Shown piece after piece: positions 41,501-55,379 of a stretch of DNA of 64,000 nt. This DNA comes from Ruditapes philippinarum (taxonomy: Eukaryota): the NCBI RefSeq assembly GCF_026571515.1, contig NW_026852595.1:124001-188000 (forward strand), given 5' to 3'. The position numbers and the translations under genes are program-made. The first letter of the stretch is position 1. Every line of letters starts with the position of its first letter. The notes under the pieces are model-generated. The model was not told where the DNA came from. It did no database searches and worked only from the letters and a program-made list of their open reading frames with translations.

Positions 41501-43958
41501 AAATAAAAAAAATTCAGCTGCGTTAGAAAACAGCTTACTTGATGTTAGATCAGGTGGTATATGTTAGCAAACCCAACAAGATCAAAAACAACAACAACCA
41601 AAAATATATGATATATACTGTGAATGAGCGCCAATAATTTGATTTTCAAAAGTATGAAAAAGAAAAAGAAAAAAAGAAGAATAAAATCACGACAGCGTAT
41701 AAATGCTTATAGCTATCGATATCTGCATTGGTTCCACTGGTACATGTATGCATCGATGTAGCAGGTTTCACACCTTAAAGCTTATCGTTAAAAAAAATAA
41801 AAAAATGAAAATTATGAATAAAATGAAGCCGAAGTATATGAAAAAGTTATTAACAATAAATAAGTAATGATAGTATTTTTGTATAGAGTTTTAACCTTTA
41901 ATTCACGAGGTGATGATATAAAAATGATTTGCAAACAATTTCTTAACTCTAAAATATGAAGTTTATTTTCAAAAAAATATTGTAAGTAAGAAAATAAGAC
42001 CCGCTCGGGCAGAATTTGTTAAAGAAATGAAACGAACCTCTAGGTTTATCGGTCACCTGCGTAAATATTCAATAATCAGAACAGATATAAGTAAAACTGA
42101 TACGCAAGAACAGAAAATAATCTTAGACAAAATAGTTCAGACAAATTAACATACCTGTTACAAAATAAAGTTCGTATGTAGAAGGTGAATTTGACGTTGT
42201 CCTTATCTCAAGACAGGTATAGGAATGTATGAAAATGGTAGAGAAGAGTTGAATACTTGTTCTGAAATAGTTTCGAATAAAAAAGGAATAGTTAGTGAAA
42301 TAACGTCATGGGAAGATATCAAGATCATCAGCATAAACAAGTAAATCATATATTGGTTTTGCATAAAAGTCAAATGATTCCACATGAAACAGCAAAATTA
42401 TCTTCTTGAGTCACCCGAAACAATGCTTAACCTTTCCCCTCATATAGACGTGTTTTGACGGCTTTTTGCCCCCCCCCCTTTTTTTGAGGCCCCAAACTGT
42501 GAAATAATGCCCTATTTCGGCCCCAAACACTCTTTTTCGTTTGAGAAATGTTGTTAAAAAATTAACACTTTTCGGCGCTGCTCCATCAAAATGATACATC
42601 ATGGGGTTGCCAGAAGGGGGATATGTCCCCTTCTGTTTATTTTTTTTTTTTTGGGGGGGGGGGGTATGAAGGGGGACGGTAGTCCCTCTCATCTCCAAGA
42701 ACATTTTGGACGTGTGACAGGCTAAAATAGCCTCAGGTCGATCTAAGGATACCTAGTAATCGACGCTGAGAAGCCTTTTACTCTGTCTCAATTCATTAAG
42801 AAGTTGCAGCACTTTGAAATCAGTTTTGATAGGGGAAAATGCAAAATAGTGATTTTTGGCAATTTTGAGACGTCCCCCCGGTTCCATGGTAACAGGAAAT
42901 TTACGATTGAACATGTTGTTACAGAGGCTATGGTCTAGTCAACATCAGTATTGAACCATTTTTCATAGTTCCATAGCAGTTTGAACTTGTTACAGGAGGC
43001 TTTTTAATGAAAACGGCCATTTTTTGCAATATACTCATGGGATATAGTTTTCCAAACAATTTCGTCATAAATATGAATTACACTATTATAAAAACACGCG
43101 CTGTGTCTGTGGTTATAAAAATGCGACTTCCTTATTGAGAAGACCATAATGGCTGTTGAAAGGAATTGTTTGTATGGTAACCAGAACAAGAACAACATAC
43201 CCCAATATATAACGATTTCCGGATGAACTGTAACACGCTAAATCATGTATTGTCACAGATGGGGTCAGGGAGGCTTTAAAATTCTGAATTTCTGTTCTGT
43301 TTTCAGGTATTGTCCATGTACCACGTGACGATGATAGCCATGTTCCTTTGGTTAATGGTAACACACACTGACAATCTAAATCAAAATAGTTTATGACAGA
43401 AAATACATATTTACATATAAAGTAAAAAGAAACATGACAAATATACGCAAAAGTCAAAATCATTCCAAACTCGCAAAAGAAATAATATCATGCAAGCATT
43501 TATTTTTATTTTTTAATGTTCTTTATCTTGAAAATAATATTTACAAAACATGCAATAAAATGGAAAAAACTGGTAATACGTATAAAATATATACCTTTAC
43601 AAAAAGAAATTAATCCAGCAAGTTATTTTATGATTGTTTCAATACATTTTTTTACTGATGTAAAACGGTTAATGTTAATCAAAGTTTTATTATATTTCAT
43701 TTTTTAACGAAAGCAAGCTCTTACTGATAAATAGACCTTTTGAATAAATATAACTATATATTGTATATGTGTAATTCTAGTTTTAGTTTTCCATTCAAAT
43801 AATAGTAAAATTATTTAGGATTTGTAAATGTTTCGTAATCAAGTCACGCAACTTGCATGTTATAGTCGAAGACATTTTTCACACTTACCTATGCTATGAA
43901 CGAGTAAATTATAAACAATAAAACATGTATTAAAATAGATAATAATCCAACATTCCAT
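34331..43958 (-). CDS. Uncharacterized type I single-pass membrane protein, ~746 aa, 10 coding exons
   Basis: Exons 43958-43889, 43375-43201, 42261-42155, 41055-40951, 40621-40433, 40045-39930, 39057-38940, 36931-36804, 35905-35848, 35505-34331. All GT-AG with matching phases, 2241 nt in total with no internal stop; hydrophobic N-terminus, Cys/Trp-containing beta-rich ectodomain, TM helix, long basic tail. Confidence 0.85.
35926..36160. mobile_element. Palindromic MITE (~240 bp), copy 1
   Basis: TGAGCCG...CAGCATGGATCCAGACCAGCCTGCGCATC arm with its reverse complement ending ...CGGCTCA. Confidence 0.9.
36547..36789. mobile_element. Palindromic MITE (~240 bp), copy 2, near-perfect ~105-bp arms
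   Basis: ATATGAGCCGTGTCATGACAAAACC...GGTTTTGTCATGACACGGCTCATAT. Confidence 0.93.
36804..36931 (-). CDS. Transmembrane exon
   Basis: SGLSAVVIAIIVIVCVLVLLAVIIIVVCCIRKKIRQ; ttttttcag acceptor and CAG|gtaatt donor. Confidence 0.9.
39225..39612. repeat. Degenerate (ATG)n microsatellite, intronic
   Basis: GATGATGAT/GATAAT runs that create spurious poly-His/Ile/Met ORFs. Confidence 0.95.
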
Positions 43959-44414
43959 TTTTCAACTTTCACTTAGCTGTTGAACAAGTACGGATTTTTT
44001 TACGTACGTAAGTGTAAAAACAAAACTTTACAGATTTTCTTACAATATCAAGTTTCAAATTCCAATACCGGGTTTTGTTTTACGAAGTTTTATCAACAAT
44101 GAAAGTATTTACAAATATGTAAAGTGATATTAAGTTTTAGAGTTTTACCATAACAGTACCTTTAAACTGAGATATCTGTTGACTTGTGACATTTAAAGAA
44201 CTGATAGTATCTAACCTTTGTCAAAATAAGACATTATAGATATATATTATAAACTTTCCTTTTACTGACATGATAATAATATTGGAGGTTGGGTTTGACG
44301 GGACGAGAAATTTATGACGTGGAAAATCTTAGTTACTCTTCATTTTTATCTGTGAGTGCGAACATATAGGTAGAATCAAATTAGTACGCTAGATAAAATA
44401 TATTAATAAAGATG

Positions 44415-44590
44415 ACGATTACGATACAATAATAATTTTAATCATCATCATCATCATGATCAATATCATCATCATAACCGACATAAATACCATTGTTATT
44501 CCATCGTCGTCGCCATCATTATCTTTATATTTCACAATCATCATCAGTATCATCATCGTTGTCGTCGTTATATTATCGCTATCATTGTTA
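44415..44590. repeat. Degenerate (ATC)n microsatellite; a purer run lies at 45061-45097
   Basis: Visible ATC repeats. Confidence 0.85.
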
Positions 44591-46599
44591 AAAGGAGTCA
44601 CAGGCAAAACTTTCTTATCTTCGACTTGAATTTTTCTTCCAACATTATATACATGTCATCGAAATGTATAAACTAAGCAGTATTGGGAACAAATATTTTC
44701 TCTATATAAAGAAAATAATGTTGGTTCCTAACCTGACCCACGTGGGTCAGGTTAGAGCATTTGGATTTTAGTGAACTATGGAAACGTAAAATAACCTGTC
44801 AAATAAGCCACTATCTGTTTTTCTTTTAACTTCTATGGTTTGTTATTGTTAAATTTCTTGTTTTAAGACTACAAAATGATTCTGTCTGCGTCTTCTTTCG
44901 TTCAACATAATTATGTAGATTTATTCACGTTTCAAACTCACATTATATAGTATTTAGATAGAAAAAAAATGCTGGGACTTTAAAAACCCCATAGCGTGAT
45001 TTGAGCAAATATTATAAATTTGATATTTACTAATTTATTTGCCTGAGTATTCCTTTAGCGTCATCATCATTATCATCATCATCATCATCATCATCATTCG
45101 AACATATTAACTGAGTAAACATTTGAAGACTGGTTTCATTGAATTAATCTCTGATCAACTCACATATAAAACGTGGGGAAAAGATACACATAGTACTTTT
45201 CAGAAGTATTTTCCTTTAGTAAAATAAAAAAAATATGAGGGAAGCGAAACCCATTTAACTCATCCCATAGAAAACCCCTGATAGATACCCCGGGCGTTTT
45301 TTTAAAATTTTGGGACGCTGCTTAAACCTTTCCCTTCCCAAAACTGGGATTTTAAAAAGTAATAACCCATCTTTAAAACGCAACAAAAAAATTTGACAAT
45401 TAAAAAAAAATACCAAAAAATTGAACCCCTTTTAAACCCGTTAAAGCAGTTATTTTAAATACTGCCCGTTTTAAAATTTTGGTAATTTTAAATTAAAAAA
45501 ACTGTTGATAAAACAACTTTGTAAATTTTAATGGTTTATAAAATAAAATTTGGGAAAACCATTAAAATGTAAATATTAAATTTCCCTTTTTACATATTTC
45601 TATGGTAAAACCTTTTTCGTAAGAGTTAAATGTATTAATTAATATTTGAGAAGTTCGTTTTGAAACAATAATCTAAGTAACAATAATCATGCAAAATAAT
45701 TATTTTCATGAATATTTGACTTGTATGCCCAGTGGGCTAATATTTCTTTAAACAGTCATGTATTTAGTTATGCGTTGACTTTGTTAAATTGCGATGTTTA
45801 AATACCTATTTTATTTATTCGTATTTTCCACTTGAACGAATCGAACTTGTAGGAGCGACTTTCTCAAACTTTTTTATTTTTATATAATCAGTTGCAAAAA
45901 CAACTGTGTACATGGTTATAGTGAGAATGAATAAAAGTATATGCATATTTGGTCTCAAAATCTAGGGATGTATTGACTATACAATGATTTACATTTCATC
46001 GAAATTTGATAATATTATTAGAACATTGGTAAACAGCTGACGGATGGAAATTAAAATATGCTCAAGAATTCAGCATTTTGTACACGCGTTTGTGCGTTTG
46101 GATACTTTAATTATTAAATGGAACATCATTCAAATCCATGTCCATACAGCGTTACGTCAGGCCTATGTCATCTAAAACACTTTATTTGATCTATAGATAT
46201 GATCAACGCAAAAGACACTGATTTATGGTCACATATCGAGACAAAACGAAAAACGTTTAACAACTTAACTCTGCAACCTTCCGCTGTTTACATGAAATAC
46301 AATACAAATAAAACCATTGTACGGTCATTCTATTTCTATACATGTATACATGTGTGTCTGATACAAAATATTGTAAATCTTACCTGAACTAGTCTGGTGA
46401 AGATTCCTGTAAGATTTATTATTACTTGTTCAGCTTAAATAAATATGAATGCATCTTTTACACACAAAAATGATATAATAGCTAAATACAACACCTTTTA
46501 GATGACATACAACTTAATTATTAATTATCTTTTAGAAAAAATAATACAAAAGCAAAAACAAAAACAAATGTATTTTCTATAGTTTGACCTTTTTTCCAG

Positions 46600-48629
46600 A
46601 TGGCTGAAGCCTGTGTGAACACCAGTAAATTACCAATACAGTGTCCGGTATGTCTTGACACTTATCAAAGACCACGTACATTACCATGTTTGCACTCGTT
46701 TTGTTCCACTTGTCTCCATAGTCACATAACAAACGCTGGCCAGAACGCGCACTTTTCTAGCTTTCTTTGTCCTGTTTGTCGAGCTAATACGAGACCACCA
46801 CGCCCTTATTCTGGGAAAGACACATGGACGGAGCAATTTCCTATAAATCATTGGATAGTATCAGTCATTGATGAAGCCACTGTTACACAACAAGATGACG
46901 CAATATACTGTGATTTACACCCAGACTCCAAAGTTAACCTGTATTGTTTCGATCATGAGACTGTTTGCTGTCCGATGTGCGTTGCGACTGCACACAGAAA
47001 ATGCGATCATGTTGACGAGATAGAAAAAGTATTAGCGTTATCTGATTATGAACACGAACGACAGGAACTTGTAGCGAACATTAAACATTCGGAAGACGTT
47101 CTTACAGACCTTGCGGCTAAATGCGCACTTGCTGATAGTAATCTTCAAATTGATAAAGACAAAATGACCAACGCCGTTGAAAAAGAATATACAGCAGCTG
47201 TAGAACACTTGGATACATTAAAACAATCAGCAATGGATAAAGTTGAACAGAATTGTAGACTCCTATCAAACGAAATACTTACCAAAAAACTAATCTGTAA
47301 TAAAGGAAAACAAACTTGTAAACAAGTTAAAGACATGTTAATGGAAACTAGAGAAAGAAATACACCCTTTGCAAGTTTTATACAGTCCATTTCTGCCCAA
47401 AACCCTTTAAAAAGAAAGCGTTTTATGTCGTTTTTCGAATGATTGGTTTCTTCAATAGGGAAAATCAAAAAATTTAAATTGGCCGTCCCCTTTACAGGAA
47501 ATGAAAAAAAATACGGTCGCTCGGGAGGGTTTTAAAAAACAAAAAAATGGCCCCCCGGGGGCAAGAAAAGGCAAAACCGTCCCCGTCCCCAAACTAAAAA
47601 TTTGGAGGGGCCATTTTGCAAGAAAGGAAAACATGGAAATCGCCCCCCTTTTAAAATAATATTGTTTTTCAAAAATTCAAAAGCCCAATAGCATGATGTA
47701 AATAAATGTTTACACCGACTGTATTAGGCAAAAGTTCTTTAAACTCCAATACTTAAAGTACTGGAATAATCCATTTTTTTAAACACCAAATTTGGGTCAC
47801 GGGGTTGGGAAATTTTTTCAAATGATTTCTAAAGATTTTTCAAACCCCGGAACCCACACTTCCCCTTTTTCCCCTTTTTTAAGGGGAAAAACCCTAGTTT
47901 ATGAGGAAAAAAAAAAACCACCCCCTTGGGTTTTTTAGCAAATTGTCTGACACCAGAGTAGTTGTTACATATCCCCAAGAAAGCCTTGTGCGTATCTTTG
48001 AAATTAAATGTAAGGGTGCAGTATCAAGATTGTTTAGAATCGTTGGTAGGCCTTTAAGCTCATGCAGAAAATTTTCTACTATAGACGCTTGTTTCGGTGT
48101 CGTTGTCGCAGTTGGTAGAATATTTCTCGCTTGCGAAGATTGCATTAAGGTATACACAGTTAACGGTGATTGCGTCCAGACTCTGAAATCATCCAATCGT
48201 GTAGACCCTCTATTTGAGAGGGTTATCAGTCTTTCATATGATCGTCAAAAAGCCACTTTGTACGCCGCAGATGAAGTTAGTCATGCAGTCTATTCATTTC
48301 AATTAGCAGGCGGGCAGTTAAGTCACCACTGTGGCTTTATATACAAAAATCAAAGTTTGCATTGTCCTAGAGGGATTGCGGTTGGTAAACACGGCGAGAT
48401 TTTTGTAACTGGTTTTGTATCCAAATCAGTTCATATTTTAAATGATAACGGAGAATGTATGAAAATTTTATCTACCGAGCAGAGCCCATGTGCCGTTTCT
48501 GTTGACCATAATCAGAGTTTACTTGTCATAAGTTTCTACCCTGATGCCGCTAGAAGAAATAGTGAAACTGCTAATGACGTCAGATTTTACAAGATCAAAT
48601 CAAGATTCAACTCACATCGCGTGCATTGA
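46600..48629 (+). CDS. TRIM-family E3 ubiquitin ligase-like protein (RING, B-box, coiled coil, NHL-like beta-propeller); middle disrupted, probably by sequence error
   Basis: RING CPVC..LPCLHSFCSTC..CPVC; B-box CDLH..LYCFDHETVCCPMCVATAHRKCDH; helical region; C-terminal LHCPRGIAVGKHGEIFVTGFVSKSVHIL (NHL-like). An acceptor ttttccag directly precedes the ATG; 47400-47940 is homopolymer-rich noise. Confidence 0.85.
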
Positions 48630-51373
48630 TAGTAATAAACATAATTAACAACTCTATTCTCCGTGTGAATAGTTCAGATGTTTCGAGATTCTCTAATATC
48701 TTTACAACATTTTTGCCGGTCATCTGTATTCATTTTTAAAAGTATTGTGCATGTCGTTTTTCGTACCGAGGAAATATATTGAACAGCTTTAACCTGAAAT
48801 ATATTGATGTACTGTTTCAAGAATGTTTTACCAATGAACTGTCCATTTTGACCCCGCTCTAAGGAATGTTGGTTGTGAAAAACTATTGGTATGTTAAACG
48901 TCTCTTAAATCCGAGAAATATTAAGTTATTTGTTATTTAATAAACATGTTTATTACATACTTCTTCACTGTAGTGTGATACATGGTCATATGAAGGTATG
49001 CAACTGCTGCCTTGAACAGTCATAGTGGTCCGTTGATTACGTCCCTTAACCGACATCATATCTATATATTAATTTAATGATGTCGATTTTAATGTAATTC
49101 ATTACCGTTAATAATGGTCATCAAATGTTATTAAGGGATTAGTAAAAGTCGTTATATCGTTGGTTTAATATTGTGTTACTACTACTACTTAGTTATGTTA
49201 CCTTCAACATCTACTGTATATTTCTGAATAGCGGTTTACTATTTCACGTTTCGAAAAACACTATAGCTACAATTTCACTATTATATAACTGAGTGAACAG
49301 TGTATCCAAACTTTGCAGCTCCTATAACTTCCGAATACTTCGGAAGATTGTTTGACCGGAGACTGACTAACAAAACTATTCTTCCTATTTATCAAACATT
49401 TTTTATTGAATTAAACAAATCTTCTACAGCTGCAATAGACCGCTAGCGTGCAAGCTTGTTTTCTCTGCCAGGTATCTCTCATTCATATAAGGGTGTACAA
49501 TTGTTATTGGCTGTTGAAATATACTATATATAAAACAGTGCAATAGTAGACCTACATTCTGGTAATGCCTGGAGTGGTGTATCAAACTATGACGGTAATT
49601 AACGAATATCGATCATAATTATGTAAAAGAAAGCAGTATAAAAATATTCCTTACAAAATACTTACCTGCGTAAACATTATTCTAAAGTGTTATAAATGTT
49701 TCATATCAAATACATAACTGATTATAGATAATTAAGTATCATATAAGACCATTCTATCTGTTTGACACGTTTCTTTCAATAACTCTTTCATTATATCAAT
49801 AAATTTTACTTCACGGCTAGAACTGAATTATAAATAAAATAAATAAATAAATTAATAAATCAAAATACGAATGAACCAACAAACACGACAATAGACCCCC
49901 AAAATTTTCTTTACAGCAGTATGTCAGTCACTTGTATGGACGCATATATTCTGAATAAAAAAAATACTGTCAACATATTCAAATACATGCATCGAAATTA
50001 TTCTTCTATGCTGAAGATTTTTGCCAATTTTCAAAGCGCTTTGTTTGTAAACAAAGTCACAGGCAAGTTTTAAAAAACATGTTTAAACCGTGGTAATATT
50101 ACGCCCTTGTGGTTATTACGCGGCACCGGATAGACGGGCCTTTATACCAACGTGACTGTAATAAATAGAAGCGTTACTACATTTACGTACACTATACACA
50201 CTATAACAATTCATTGGTATGGAAAATTAGAGTGGTAAAGGAGGTATATTTTAAAGTTTAAAGTATAGGATCAATTTTAATGATTTTTTTTAAAATGGAA
50301 ATAATTCATACGTTTTACAATTCAGGTTAAGTTTGCACCAAACTTCATTAAACTGTATTGCTTTATCTTTTTAACACGCATTAATGTTATATCTGAAAAT
50401 CTAATAAAGTTTCCTTTTAAAAGGAAAGGCTTGCACAGTTGTGCCTTCATCCCAACATATTTAGTTGTTTTTATTTTTGTAAAAACGAATATTTTTGTCA
50501 AAACGATTTGAAATCTATTCTCTATTGTATAAAACTAATAAAGAAAATAATCAATCGTAAAAATACTAACGTGAAGACCTATCTATCATACTGAAAGGAA
50601 ACAAGTTCCACTTCGTTACGTGGTACCAATTAATAAGCATCGCTATCTATAGATCATCACGTGGTAAGGTTAATGATATGCATGCATGAACTATTTTTAG
50701 ATTACCTCACCAAGTTCAGTAGATCTAAATATAACTCGATCATGCGTGAATTGGACCACCCTTTGAAGACAGAATACTACTACAGTCAACATCTCTATTG
50801 TATAAAAACTAATACAGACAAAAAAACAATTATAAATAACCTAACTTTTGCGTCTTGAAAAAGAATTGAAACGGAACAATTTCGTTTATAAATATATTAC
50901 GGTTTAAATCAATAAATCAATCCTATTTATATAAACAAACTGGGATTACCGAAGTAACTAAAATAGCTTAGATTTCCGTAATATTACTTCGTCTGATTCC
51001 GCAGCATTCGATTGATTCTGCAGTATGACGGAATCGCCCGAATTGTCACAATTGCAATCGGAACTACATCGGCTATTATCATTAATCCGAAGAGTGACGA
51101 AAAAGGCCGAAAAGTTGCGATTGGCACGATTTCAACTGGTTTCCTGTTTAATCATGCACTTACAAATGTAAGCAGAAAAACACCTAACCGGAATAAGTTT
51201 TCCGTATGAAATGGCTTGCAGCCGTGGCTGCAAGCCAAAAATAACAGTTAATATATGTCAACCCAATTTGAACATGTTTTCAGAAAATTGGGAGTGTATT
51301 TTATTGATTCGTCAAAACAAAACATTAACGTTCAAGTTTTATTTTATTTTCTTAAAACGTGTTACTAGATAAA

Positions 51374-54266
51374 ATGGAGGAGAGTAAAACGCAAATCAAA
51401 CGCGAAACAACGCCGTTTACGGAATCTGGAGAGTGCATAGATGAAATAGAGTTCGTATTTGATGACGAAAGAAGTTTATATGTTTCACAAAACTTTTTAA
51501 AGTATGTCTCCCCAGTGTTCAAAGCAATGTTCGAGCACGACTTTAAGGAAAAGGAAAATAAAAGCGTGACCATGACAGGGAAAAAGTACGAAGATGTTTT
51601 GGAATTCTTACTTTGTTTACATCCAAACATGCAAAAGTCTGTTACTAGTAAGTAACCTTTTATGTTATGTTAAAAGAAACTTGGAATTATAAATATAAAT
51701 GAAAGTTTGATATGAGATTTTAAGTGACATTATGCTCATTTGTTTTCATTGTTTAGTTGAGTTAAATTATAATATATTTTAAACGATTGACTTTTTAACG
51801 GTCATTCATATACTTTCATTTAGAATTAGATATTAAAAGTGCATAAAAGGTAAAAGGACTGCCCAACCCTTTTAAATGAATTGAACGTTTGGGACAATTT
51901 CCGAAAGATATTTATAAATATTTATGTCAGTAATTTGGGTGACATATAGTAAAAAATTGAAAACAAATATGACAAAAAGTTCAATTAAATTTTATCCGAA
52001 GAGTCACATTCAACTCATTTATTGGCATAATTATCACTTAAATAAATTACGTAACTATGTAAAAATGTACGGTGGTACAAAGGTGAAATGTGTATGTTTT
52101 TATTTATCTCGTGCACGTGAGATACTTTGTTGTGTCCATGAGTTACTAAGTCGTGGCCACGAGTTACTAAGTCGTGGTCATGAGATAGTTAAGTCGTGGG
52201 AACGAGATAACTATGTCGTGCGCACGAGATAATAACCAATCAGATAGGTCAATTGACTATGATTTTTATAAACTTAGAACAAATTCTGTTTAAAGTTTTA
52301 CATGCAACATAAATCTTTTTAAATACTGAAGAGTTCACTTTAAACTTGATACATGTATTAAGGAACATATTAGAAAGTCACCTTCTAAGGCCCATAAATC
52401 AGACATTAATTTTGACTAACTAATAGCCCTTTGTGGGGAAAATTCTATGATAGAATTTGTCAGTTTGTACGTACAGCGGCCTTTTAATCTTGTTTATACG
52501 ATAACTTGAGAAGGACAGTAGATAGCCTATAAGGATGTTTGAGGTCAAGGGTCAGAGTAAACGTGAAACTTCATGTAAAACCTTGTCTGATGAATGATTT
52601 AGAAGGAATAAGCCATGGTTTATATAACCTAGAAAGATCATTGCACCCGATCAGTAGATAACACCTAATAATTCTGAGGCCATTGGGTCAAAAATCAGGG
52701 TCACAATGACGCTAAATATGAAATCATTGACCTATAAATATCTTGTATAAATAGCACTTTTACAGGCAGGTGAGGTAGGGGCATCCTTGTACGATAGCAC
52801 ACGTCTAAATAATTAGTTAAATTCATATAAATAGTGTAATCTGATTGGTTATTTATCTCGTGCCCACGACTTAACTATCTCGTGGCCACGACTTAGTAAC
52901 TCGTGGCCACGACAAAGTATCTCGTGGCCACTACTTAATCATCTCGTAGCCACGACTTAGAAACTCGTGGTCACGACATAGTATCTCGTGGCCACGAAAT
53001 AGTATCTCGTGGCCACGACTCAATTATCTCGTGGCCACGACTTAGAAACTCGTGGCGACGACATAGTTTCTCGTTCCCGCGACTTAACTATTTCGTGGCC
53101 ACGACCTTGTAACTCGTGGCCGCGACTTAGGAACTCGTGGCCACGACATAGTATCTCGTGCGAACGAGATAAATAAAAACACACTCATGTCACCTTTGTG
53201 CCACCGTAAAGAAGAGTGCAATGCACTTTTTGTTTGTATTTTGATAAGAAAGCACTTAAGTAGAAACTTGAAGGATATAAATTCTTACTACCTTCTAAAA
53301 TATAGATAATGTTGTAGATGGAAATTTTGAAAGGGGCTATTTTAACACGTTTTTTTGTCTTTCCGGATACTGTTGTTTCAGGGTATTGAGGACCTGTGTT
53401 CCGTGTTGTTTTTCTTCATTGTTATTGTTAGATTTATTATTTTAAATGGTTCGTGCCGCGCTTATGATTAAAATATTGTATAATCAACCCTTATCCCATA
53501 GAATCATTAAAATGGAACTTCCAGATGTTTAGTATCGTGAATATCGAACTAAAAACTTTTAGTTTATAAGTAAACTTCATAGCAAAGGCTGTAGAAATCT
53601 GCTAAATCATTCAATGTCAACATTACATTAAATATTAAACAGAATTCTAAATGTTAATACGTATTCTTTAGTTACAGAAAAGTATTGAGTACATACATTG
53701 TAAGAAAAGTGTTGACATTTTAAAGATATTATTATAATGTTGATGATTCCCATAATTATCATATCATATCAAATCATTTAGAAACATATATTAACTTTTT
53801 CGTTCTGTTTGCAGAAGACAATGTTCTTTCAGTTGTGCACATAGCAGAGGAATATCAAGCTGAATTAATGATAACACGGTGTCAGAGTGTCATGTCTGAT
53901 TGGCTCAAGTCGGAATTAGCCTTGGCCCAAACACCAACATCGCTTGAGGATAGAAGTAGACGGGCAAGGACTTGTCTGAGAGTGATGTCTGAAGCAAACA
54001 GTCTACAATACGAGACTCTTGTTAAAGAAGCATGTACAGTTATTGCATACTTCGGACATGTTATATTTACTGGAACTGTACTGTTGCCGCCAAGTTACAG
54101 TAAATTTGCTATCAGACAACGTAAAATATTAACAAATGTTGACAATCCTGTTAGTGATTGTAAAAAGCTTTTTGACAACTTATCCATTGAGTTAAAGTAC
54201 GAATTAATACAAAAAAGATTGAAATTGTGTGATACTTTAGAAATGTATGAAGCAAATGAGTATTAA
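51374..54266 (+). CDS. BTB/POZ-domain protein, 241 aa, 2 coding exons (resembles the BTB part of BTB-MATH-like proteins)
   Basis: Exon 51374-51647 (IEFVFDDERSLYVSQNFLKYVSPVFKAMFEHDFKEKE..EFLLCLHP), donor A|gtaagt, acceptor tttgcag, exon 53815-54266 (DNVLSVVHIAEEYQ..RC) in phase; AATAAA near 54849. Confidence 0.88.
51720..52041. mobile_element. TTAA-flanked MITE (Kolobok-like), copy 1
   Basis: TTAAGTGACATTATGCTCAT...GCATAATTATCACTTAA; internal similarity to 58618-58971. Confidence 0.65.
52070..53206. mobile_element. TA-flanked foldback MITE with ~20-bp subterminal tandem repeats, in the BTB intron
   Basis: TA|CGGTGGTACAAAGGTGA...TCACCTTTGTGCCACCG|TA; palindromic CTCGTGGCCACGA subrepeats in both arms. 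Confidence 0.9.
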
Positions 54267-55379
54267 TTTACGGAGTGTTGATTGCATTTTCCTGTAGAAT
54301 AGAATACGATTTCTTTATTCCATTTCACACTTTTATGTTGAATCATTCTATATTGAAACGAAGTGTCCTCTTCCTGCATAGAACAACAGACCTCGTTCGT
54401 ACAGAGCAGATGAATAATCTATGTTCATTTTTATTAATACAGTCATTATTTCTAACATAGAAGTAAGAATATCTACATGTATATTGCAATCACTCTCTTT
54501 CTAGACCATTATCTTAAAAAAAAACGCTTTGTTGAAAAGTGCCGGCGTGCGTGTACGGTACCGCTTTCATTTAAATTCTCGTGGATTAAGATTATACAAC
54601 AGTCACACAAACCTGAAAATTACCTCTAAAGTACGTATATGCAAAAACAAATATATATACATTACAGATCGACATAGATTGTTTAAAAGACTCTTTGTTT
54701 ACAGTTTGAATGTTCCATGGTCATATTGTTAAAATTTACTACATTGTAATTGCTCTTTATCTGACAATTGTTTAGTTATTCACCATCTGCTTGCTTGTCT
54801 ATAAAGTTATGCAAGAATTGTAACTAACAATGCTTACATAAACTTGCGAATAAATTTTTGTCATTATTTACCTTAAATGCCCATTATGCACTACAAATGC
54901 TTTTATTTTTTCAAAAAGTTTTTATTGTAATTTTTGATGTCCTGTTATAGTTCCAAAAGAAAAGAAAATACTCACTGGCCAATTACAATGTACCTGAACC
55001 ATTTTTGCTCATGTGTTGCTTTTTGGCAATTAGAAGATTTACAATGATTAAGAATTTTATATGGAATCAACCAGAGATGTAGATAATATTATCTATGTCT
55101 CTGAATCAACATACTAAAATGTTTTCCTTTTGCGACATTCATAAGAAATTAGTTCACATGATGACAAGCATGTAGTATGCTCTTAAATTATTATTTAAAC
55201 GTTTTAGAAGTCGTGTTTGTTCTTTTCATTTCTAAAGAAGGAAATATTCATTCGTTTCTGAGGCAAATTGTGTCTTTAAAATGAAATGAGACTTAACATG
55301 CTATAACTTTTATGCCCTTGTCTTCATACCGAAACATATTTACAATGCACTTAAACGTTTCTTTACATGATCGGTTACA

